From Anaeramoeba ignava BMAN (taxonomy: Eukaryota; Protista; Anaeramoebae), in NCBI GenBank assembly GCA_028826165.1, contig JAPDFW010000015.1:1-64000 (forward strand): a DNA stretch of 64,000 nt, written 5' to 3'. Of the stretch, positions 55,101 through 64,000 are shown piece after piece. The first letter of the stretch is position 1. Each line of letters begins with the position of its first letter. The notes beneath the pieces were generated by a model, which saw nothing but the letters and a program-made list of their open reading frames with translations, made no database searches and was not told the DNA's origin. Position numbers and translations under genes: made by a program.

Positions 55101-56633
55101 AAATGAGTCAAGTTTGGATTCAATTTAGATTAAGTTTAATTCCTTTAATTTATATTTTAATTTTTATTCCAGCAACAATTAGAGTACAAATCAAAACCAT
55201 TCCTTTTAAGGAAATAAATTAAATCAAATAAATTGAATTGAAATAAATTAAAATTGGATTGAATTGAATTGAATTGAATTAAATAAAATTGAATAAATTA
55301 AATAAATTGAATTGAATTGAATTGAATTAAATAAAATTGAATTGAATAAATTGATTTAAATTGAATTGAATTGAATTGATTTGAATTAAATTAAATAAAT
55401 TAAATTGAATTGAATTAAATTGAATTAATTGATTTAAATTGAATTAAATTGAATTAATTGAATTAAATTGAATTAATTGATTTAAATTAAATTGAATTAA
55501 ATTGAATTGAATTGAATTAAATTAAATTGAATAAATTGAATTGAATAAATTGAATTGAATAAATTAAATTAAATTAAATTAAATTAAATTAAATTAAATA
55601 AATTGAATAAATTGAATTGAATTAAATAAATTAAATTAAATTAAATTAAATTGAATTGAATTAAATTGAATAAATTAATTGAATTAAATTGAATTAAATT
55701 GAATTGAATTAAATTAAATAAATTAATTGAATTAAATTGAATTGAAATTGGATTGAATTGAATTGAATTGAATTGAATAAATTAAATTAAATTAATTGAA
55801 TAAATTAAATTAAATTAATTGAATAAATTAAATTGAATTAAATTAAATTAAATTGGATTGAATTAAATTAAATAAATTGAATTGAATTGATTTGATTTGA
55901 ATTGAATTAAATTGAATTAAATTAAATTGAATTGAATTGAATTGAATTAAATTGAATTAAATAAATTAAATTGAATTGAATTGAATTAAATAAATTGAAT
56001 TAAATTAAATTGAATTGAATTAAATTGAATTAAATTAAATTGAATTAATTGATTTGATTTGAATTAAATTAAATTAAATTAAATAAATTGAATTAAATTA
56101 AAATAAATTAAATAAATTAAATAAATAAATAAATTGAATTAAATGAATTGAATTGGATTGAATTGAATTGAATTGAATAAATTAAATTGAATTGAATAAA
56201 TTAAATTGAATTGAATTGAATTAAATTGAATTGAATTGAATTAAATTAAATTAAATTAATTAAATTGAATTGATTAAATCAATTAAATTGAATAAATTTA
56301 TTTATATTGATTTGATATTTTTAGAGGATTAGAACTTTGATAAATCCATCAGCAAATGATATCTTTTCTGTTGATATTATTCATTCCTTATTCGCTTCAA
56401 CTCAAGGTTTTTGGGATTTTTGGATATTTGTTGTTTTTGATTTAGAAATGAGGAAAAAAATTGGAAATTGTTTTTCTTGTTATTCAAAAAATAGACAAAA
56501 TGCAGCTCAATTAGATATTGAAGATTATAAAAATTTAAGAAATGAAACTTTTACTTTTTCAAAAGATCTTCTTAATTCAAAAGAAAGTGAAAGAAAATCT
56601 TTAATCCAAAATGATGAATTAGAAAAAAATTAA
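52164..56633 (+). CDS. cAMP-receptor-like 7TM GPCR, array gene 24
   Basis: 4 exons; intron 2 is ~2.3 kb and intron 3 ~1.1 kb of satellite. Confidence 0.86.
52680..54950. repeat. (AAATAT/AAATCT)n hexamer satellite in gene 24 intron 2
   Basis: About 2.3 kb of tandem hexamers. Confidence 0.92.
55215..56300. repeat. (GAATT/AAATT)n pentamer satellite in gene 24 intron 3
   Basis: About 1.1 kb of tandem pentamers. Confidence 0.9.
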
Positions 56634-56784
56634 TTTTTTATGTTTTTTGTTTTTTTTTTTTTGAATAAAAAAGAGAAAAAGGAAAATTCATTTTTTTCTT
56701 TTAAATTAAAAATTTTGAAATTAAATTTTGAAATTAAAAAAAATAAAATTTTTCTTGATAAGAAATTTTGAATAAAAATAAAAA

Positions 56785-58347
56785 ATGATAAAATCGGAAG
56801 AAATATCAACAATAATTGGAGCAAGTTTAGGAATTATGGGATCTTTATTAATTATAATATTATATATATATTTTAAAGAATGGAAAATATTTTATCGAAA
56901 ACTAGTTTTAATTTTGTCAATTTATGATTTCTTTCTATCATTAATATTTATATTGCCAGGTTCAAAATATTCTTTTGTTTGTTCAATTCAATTTTATTTA
57001 TTATCTGCTTTTATTACAACTTGTCAATTTTGGTCAGCTTCAATTGCTGTTTTATCTTATTTGAAAATTGCAAATCTTTTTACTGATTCGAAACTTAATA
57101 AAATTCATTTATGGCTTCATTTAATAATGTGGATCATTAATTTTGATTTAATTTTGTTCATTTTTTTACTTCCAAAATCGGAAAAATCTGATACTTATTG
57201 GTATTTTTTTTGATTTTTAGTAAAAATAATTTCATGTTATTTTTTTCTTATTTATTTTGTTTTCTTATTAAAGGTGTACTTCTACAACAAATTCTTGGTT
57301 AATTGTAAACCAATTTAAAATCAAAATTAAAATTCACTTTGAAAATTAAAATCCAAAATTAAAATTCATTTGAAAATTGAATTTAAAATCAAAATTCATT
57401 TTAAAATCAAAATTCATTTTAAAATTAAAATCCAAAATTAAAATCAAAATCAAAATTAAAATGAAAATTTTCAAATTTAAAATTTAAAATCAAAATCAAA
57501 ATTTTAAAATTAAAATTAAAATTAAAATCCAAAATTAAAATTCATTTGAAAATTGAATTTAAAATCAAAATCAAAATCAAAATTCAAAATTAAAATCAAA
57601 ATCAAAATTAAAATTTCAAAATCAAAATTAAATTCAAAATCAAAATCAAAATCAAAATCAAAATTCATTTTAAAATCAAAATCAAAATTCATTTTAAAAT
57701 GAAAATCAAAATCAAAATTAAAATCAAAATCAAAATTCATTTCAAAATCAAAATTCAAAATTAAAATTCTTTTTCATCTTTTCTTATTAGACAATTTATA
57801 CTTTCATCATTTTTTATATCGTTATTTGCTTAATCTTTTCCATTTTATCAATAATCAAATTAAATAAATCAAACAAAGAAAGTTCAAAAGGAAATTATTT
57901 ACAAAGAATTGGAGAAGAAAATCAAGTTTTCTTTCAAAAAAGAATGACTTTACTTCCAATAGTTGGAATTATAATTTTTATTCCAGGATTAATTAGGGTA
58001 AGAAATTAAAAAATGAAGAATTTTTTTTTTTTTGGATTGGCAAAAAAAAGTGGAATTTTTTTTTTTAAATTTATTAAAAATAGAGATTAAGAGAAATAAT
58101 TAATCCTTCTGCTTCTGATATTCTTACTCTTCATATTTTACATTCTTTACTTGTTTCAACTCAAGGTTTTTGGGATTTTTTGATTTTTGTAATTCTTGAT
58201 CCAGAAATGAGGAAAAAAATGAAAAGTTGTTGTTCAAAACAAAAAAAAGAAATGGCTAAGACTTCAAGTTACAAGACAATTGAAAAACATGTTGTTAATC
58301 AAATTGGAGAAGATTTTTCCGATCAAGAAAATCAAAAATTGATTTAA
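56785..58347 (+). CDS. cAMP-receptor-like 7TM GPCR, array gene 25
   Basis: 4 exons, last exon 58084-58347; TQGFWDF motif. Confidence 0.87.
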
Positions 58348-58479
58348 TTGTGTTTTTTTTTGCTTTTTTTTTTTGGATCTAAAATAATAAAATAAAAAAG
58401 GAAAAAAAGGAAAAAAAATAAAAATTATTTTTTTTTTTTTGGAAATTCATTTTTTTTGTTTTTGAATTGAAAAAAGAGA

Positions 58480-60324
58480 ATGTCTTCAAAAAAATCAAAT
58501 AAGAAAGAAAAAACAAAACCAAGACATAAAAGTAGAAACAAATCAAAAAATCAAATTAAAATTCAAAATCAAAATCAAAATCAAAATCAAAATCAAAATC
58601 AAAATCAAAATCAAAATCAAAATCAAATCCAAAATCAAATCATTTCAATAAATCAATTAATTCAAAATCATCAATTTATTCAACAAAATGATAAAAATGA
58701 AATGACCCAAAACGAATCCACTTTGAAACTATTACAAGATTTCTCAGATTTTCTGAAACAAAATGAAAACCCAGATTTTTCCATTTTAATTGAATCGAAA
58801 AAATATTTATTTGAATATAAAGTCCACAAATCAATTTTATCAGCAAGAAGTCCGTTTTTGAAAGATTGCATTGAAAAAAACGAATCCCAAATTCGTTTTG
58901 AGGAAGTTGATAAGAAAGTTATTGAAACGATTTTAAAATATATATATTTGGCTGATATTTCTTTTCCAAACGAGATTGATTTGAGAAAACTTTTGCAAAT
59001 TTCGGAAGTATTTCAACTTGAGTTTTTATCAAAAATTATCACCAAAAAAATTAATGGGGAAGAAATTGAAATGGATGAAAGAGATCAAGAAATAAATCAA
59101 TTAAAATTGGAAATTGGAAAATTAAAAACGGTTGTTTCAAGAAGAAAAACTTCGGTCCATCAATTAAGAAAGGAACTGGAGGAAGCAAATCAAACAGTGG
59201 AAAAGCAAAAGAAAAAAATTGAGAGGAAAAACAAAGAAATCGAAAAAGCAAATTCGGAAGTTGAAAAGAGAAACAAAGAACTCAGAAAAAGGAAGAACTC
59301 AGAAAATTCAAACAGAGAAGAGTTGATCTCTCAAATCTCTAATAAGGATGACAAAATTGATCAACTTTCCAGAGATATTTTCAGTTTACAAAATCAAAAT
59401 TTCAATCAAAATTCAAATTTGGATTATCTAAACAAGATGAATTCAAGCTTAACACAACAACTAAACGAAACAAAATATAAACTAAACCAAATTAACACAG
59501 AAAATAAAAGACTGTCTAAAGAGCTTAGAAAGTGGGTAAATAAGGAATATAAAAAACCAGAAATCGAGCAATATTGGAATGATCACTTCAAAAATAAAGT
59601 GGAATTTCTTGAAATAAAAGAAAAACAAATACAACATGACTGGGAAAAGGGACTCAAAAAAATTCATCAAGAAATGAAAAAAATCAAAAGAGACAATTGG
59701 ATAAAAGACATTGAGCAAGTCCAGAAAACAATCTCGGGAATAAAGCCAAATCAAGATTTCTATATACTTTATAATATTTTCATTAATTCAGCAAGTATTC
59801 AAGATTTTAATCATGCTATTAATTTAAAAGAATGGATGAATGACGATGTATTTTTGTCCCAAATGAGTCTGGGATTTTCAGCAAAAAGAGATGGATTCTC
59901 TTCTCAAAATTGGCATAACGCAGTTGATGGGAAAGGAAAAACATTGGTTATTATCAAAACAAAAGATAATTTTATTTTTGGAGGTTTTACTCAAGTTGGT
60001 TTTAATGCAAATACAACAGCTTATGTTAATGATCCAAATGCATTTATTTTTTCACTAAGAGATGGCCAAGGAACTAATAGAAACCCTGAGAAATTCGCAA
60101 TTCATCAAGCCCAAAATGCCATTTATACAAACCAAAATTATGGTCCAACTTTTGGAGGTCATGATTTTTATTTGGATGCCACTTTACAGCCTGGTTATTC
60201 AAATTTTGGTCATTCTTATAATTTACCTAATGGAATTACTCAAGGAACAACTCAAGCTCAAAGTTATTTAGCTGGTTCTTATAATTCATGGCAGATTGAG
60301 GAAGTTGAGACTTATTTCATTTAA
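58480..60324 (+). CDS. BTB/POZ + coiled-coil + TLDc domain protein
   Basis: Intronless 614-aa ORF. BTB: PDFSILI..YKVHKSILSARSPF..ILKYIY. Long heptad region. TLDc: FSAKRDGFSSQNWHNAVDGKGKTLVIIKT..IFGGFT..AFIFSL..YGPTFGG..IEEVETYFI. Confidence 0.9.
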   Translation: MSSKKSNKKEKTKPRHKSRNKSKNQIKIQNQNQNQNQNQNQNQNQNQNQIQNQIISINQLIQNHQFIQQNDKNEMTQNESTLKLLQDFSDFLKQNENPDFSILIESKKYLFEYKVHKSILSARSPFLKDCIEKNESQIRFEEVDKKVIETILKYIYLADISFPNEIDLRKLLQISEVFQLEFLSKIITKKINGEEIEMDERDQEINQLKLEIGKLKTVVSRRKTSVHQLRKELEEANQTVEKQKKKIERKNKEIEKANSEVEKRNKELRKRKNSENSNREELISQISNKDDKIDQLSRDIFSLQNQNFNQNSNLDYLNKMNSSLTQQLNETKYKLNQINTENKRLSKELRKWVNKEYKKPEIEQYWNDHFKNKVEFLEIKEKQIQHDWEKGLKKIHQEMKKIKRDNWIKDIEQVQKTISGIKPNQDFYILYNIFINSASIQDFNHAINLKEWMNDDVFLSQMSLGFSAKRDGFSSQNWHNAVDGKGKTLVIIKTKDNFIFGGFTQVGFNANTTAYVNDPNAFIFSLRDGQGTNRNPEKFAIHQAQNAIYTNQNYGPTFGGHDFYLDATLQPGYSNFGHSYNLPNGITQGTTQAQSYLAGSYNSWQIEEVETYFI

Positions 60325-60429
60325 ATTTGAAAAAAATAAATCAAATTTCCTTTTTTTTAAAAACAATTTAATAAACCATTTAAAAATAATTTTAAAATAA
60401 TTAATTAATTTTAAAAATAATTTTAAGAT

Positions 60430-60486
60430 AATTAATCAATCAATAAAATCAATTAATTAATCAATCAATTAATCAATTAATCAATT

Positions 60487-60525
<39 letters not shown>

Positions 60526-60526
60526 T

Positions 60527-60561
<35 letters not shown>

Positions 60562-62085
60562 TAATCAATCAATTGTAATCAATTTAACCACCACCAATAA
60601 TCAATAATTAATCAATCAATCAATCAATCAACCAATAAATTAATTGTCAATCAATTGGTTCATTGTCAATACTAATAATTGGTAATTACCACCGGTAATT
60701 GGTAATTGGTACTCCAAATCAATCAATAAATTGGTAAATTACAAATTACAAAAGTAATTGTAAAATAAATCAATTAAAATAATTACAAGCCAAATTACCA
60801 ATAATCAATTACAAAAAAACAATTTCAATTGTAAATTGTCCAATCACTAATAATTAAATAATTAATTACCAATTACCAATCAACATTCGGTTGTCAATAA
60901 ATGGTATTACTAATTTAATTACCAATTGTAATTAATTAATAATCATTAATTGTCAATTATCAATAATCGGTAATTGTCAATAATCACCACCAATAATTAC
61001 AATTGTCAATAATTAATCAATTATTTGTCCAATTATCATAATACTATTGTCAACCACCATTACGGTAATACCAATCAATTTAATTCAATTGGTAATACCA
61101 ATTACTATATCAATTGTCAATTACCAATTGTCATTCACCAATAATTTCAATTAGTAATTACCAATTGTCAATTAAATTTGTCACCAATTGTCAATAATTG
61201 TCAAATTACCAATTGTCCATTAATCGGTAATTATCCAAATTACCAATTACTAATTAAATAAAAAATTGATAAATTAATTGTCAATACCGGGCATTAATAA
61301 TTACCAATAATTACCATTTAAAATTCCAAATACCAAATTGTACTAACAATACAATACAATTACCAATGTCAATAAATCAATAACAATTGTACAAATTAAA
61401 ATTACCAAATTACCAAAATAATAAATTACCAATACCAATCCCAATTACCAAATTAATTAACAATTACAATTACCAATTATTAATCAATTAATAATCACCC
61501 AATTACCAATTACCAATTACCAATTAATAATTACCAATAATGTCAATTACTAAATTGTCAATAATCACCAATTACCAATTACCAATTAATCAATACCATT
61601 AATAATTACCAATAATTCAATCAATTAATTATTACCAATCAATTACCAATAATACCATTAATTACGGTAATTCAATTACCAATTAATAATTACCAATTAC
61701 CAATCAGTAATTGGTAATAACTAATAATTACCAAGTAATAATTACCATCGGTAATTATCGGTAATTACTAATCAATACAATTTACCAACCTGTCAATTCA
61801 TCAATACCACCAATAAAAATTACCAATTAAATTACAATTTGTCAATAAATTATTGTCAATTACTAATTGTCGGTAATTCAATCAATCAATTGTCAATCAA
61901 TTCAATTGTCAATCAATCAATCACCAACCAATCAATCAATTAATAATCAATTAATCAATTAATAATCAATCAATCAATCAATCAATCAATAATCAATCAA
62001 TATTAATCAATCAATCAATCAATAAATCAATAAATCAATCAAATCAATCATCAATCATCAATCAATCAATTAATCAATTAATAAA
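60430..62085. repeat. (CAAT)n satellite with a long degenerate (ACCAATT/GTCAAT) core
   Basis: Clean tetramer flanks; same repeat type as 10745-11440 in reverse complement. Confidence 0.85.
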
Positions 62086-62221
62086 TTAAATTTCAAATTA
62101 AATTATTAATAAAATATTTTATCAATTTTATTAAATTGTTGGGAATAATTTTAGATTATTTGGATAAAAAAAATTGGTAAAATATATAAAATAAAATGAA
62201 TTGTAAATTTAATTATTTAAT

Positions 62222-62223
62222 AT

Positions 62224-62271
<48 letters not shown>

Positions 62272-62412
62272 TTTTTTCTTTCTTTCTTTCTTTCTTTCTT
62301 TTCTTTCTTTCTTTCTTTCTTTCTTTTTTTTCTTTCTTTTCTTTTTCTTTTCTTTCTTTTCTTTCTTTCTTTTTTTTCTTTCTTTCTTTCTTTCTTTTCT
62401 TTCTTTTTTCTT
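62222..62412. repeat. (TTTC)n polypyrimidine microsatellite
   Basis: Directly visible just downstream of the ankyrin-BTB stop codon. Confidence 0.85.
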
Positions 62413-62416
62413 TTAA

Positions 62417-64000
62417 TTAATTGAAAAAAATATTTTTAAAATAATCAAAATCAAGTAATAATTCTCCAATTAATGATTTTGGATTTAATTGATAATAATC
62501 TTTTATATCAACATATTCTTCAAGATTTTCTTTTGTTATTTTTGTTTCTTCTTCAAATTCATCATGATAAAGGAAATAAATAAATTGGTTTATTGCTTCA
62601 AATGATTTTCTTGAATAATCATGAACTTGATTTGATTGATCTTGAACATTTAATTGAAACATTCCTTTAAATAATTCACTTCTTAATATTAATATTAATT
62701 TATGAACTTTAATTTCTTTTTTTTCTTCAATAATTATTTTAAAATCTTTTGTTTCATTTTGTTGATATAATTTTGATAAATCTTTTATTATTCCTTTTCT
62801 TCCTTTTTTTGTTTCAATCCAATTTGATTCAATTCCAATTTGTTCAAAAATATCTTTCATTAATTCATTTTCTTGTTCTTCAAATTCATTTTCTTTTTCA
62901 ATTTTGTTTTTCTTAAATTTTCAAATTCTTTTATTTTTCATCTTGTTTTGATTCTTTAATTTTTTTCATTTGATTTTGATAATTGATTAAATTTTGAAAT
63001 CTTTGAATAAAATAATCAAAATTAGTAAATCCAGTATAAAGAAAATTTAAAGCTAATTGAACATCTCTTTTTGGTTTTCTATTGCAAATATTGATAAATT
63101 TTTGTAAAATTAATTTATCATTATCAAATCTTGTTAATAAAATTATTTTATGAACTTTAAATTTGAAATAATCATTTGTTTTAATTTCTAAATCTGTAAA
63201 TTTTTCATTTTCATTTTCATTTTGACTTGATTTTAAAAAATTATTTAAATCTTCATTAATTGAATAAATTTTTGGAAATAAATTAATTATTTCTTCATTG
63301 ATTTGATCATATTTTAAATCAAAAATATTTCCCTCATTCATCATTAATAACTTGATTAATTGAATATTCTGATATTCACAAGCAATATGTAAAGCTGTTT
63401 GATTATAATTTGTTTTTGAATTAATATCAATTCCTGATGAAATTAAATATTTAATAATTTCAAGTGAAATATTTTGATTTTTACAAGCATAATGTAAAGC
63501 TGTTTCATTTGTTTTTGAATTAATATCAATTCCTGATGAAATTAAATATTTAATAATTTCAAGTGAAATATTTTCATTTTTACAAGCATAATGTAAAGCT
63601 GTTTGATTAGAATCTTTTGTTTTTGAATTAATATCAATTCCTGATAAAATTAAATATTTAATAATTTCAAGTGAAATATTTTCATTTTCACAAGCATAAT
63701 GTAAAGCTGTTTGATTATATTTTGTTTTTGAATTAATATCAATTCTTGATGAAATTAAATATTTAATAATTTCAAGTGAAATATTTTTATTTTCACAAGC
63801 ATAATGTAAAGCTGTTTTATTTTGATTTGTTTTTGAATTAATATCAATTCCTGATAAAATTAAATATTTAATAATTTCAAGTGAAATATTTGATTTTCTT
63901 TCATATTTTGTTTTTGAATTAATATCAATTCTTGATAAAATTAAATATTTAATAATTTCAAGTGAAATATTTGGATTGAAACAAGCAATATGCAAAGCTG
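62417..64000 (-). CDS. Ankyrin-repeat + tandem BTB domain protein; 5' end outside the window, frameshift near 62900-62935
   Basis: Near-identical ankyrin units (TALHYAC.N.NISLEIIKYLI.SGIDINSKT), then BTB1 (FTDLEIK..FKVHKIILLTR) and BTB2 (KDFKIII..IKVHKLILILRSELFKGMF..FIYFLY). The two ORFs join if two A-run deletions are assumed. Confidence 0.87.

Noticed and set aside
58680-60271. Small antisense or alternate-frame ORFs within the BTB-TLDc gene
   Set aside because: Shadow ORFs with no recognisable motifs.
1-64000. tRNA, rRNA or autonomous transposon genes
   Set aside because: No GC-rich structured RNA segment and no transposase or reverse transcriptase ORF is visible by eye.

Overview
This is an extremely AT-rich, intron-containing eukaryotic (protist) genomic window. 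From left to right it holds: (1) a minus-strand MCM4 helicase gene, truncated by the window edge, whose Walker A motif (GDPGTSK|SQLL) is split by a 394-aa cis-splicing intein with a decayed LAGLIDADG endonuclease; (2) a divergently transcribed, intronless gene whose C-terminal part matches the kinetochore protein CENP-L; (3) a 4-exon Rab5/Rab22-clade GTPase; (4) a ~49-kb head-to-tail array of 25 paralogous cAMP-receptor-like (Dicty_CAR/GCR1-type) 7TM GPCR genes sharing a 4-exon structure with a 31-nt microexon, plus two orphan terminal exons and apparent gene-conversion patches; (5) a BTB/coiled-coil/TLDc gene; (6) a partial ankyrin-BTB-BTB gene. Many introns are inflated by different micro- and minisatellites. 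Scattered 1-2 nt indels, mostly in homopolymers, look like uncorrected long-read errors. The combination of a nuclear intein, BTB-fusion genes and repeat-filled introns suggests an Anaeramoeba-like metamonad, but this is inference only. All coordinates and family assignments were derived by eye without database searches.
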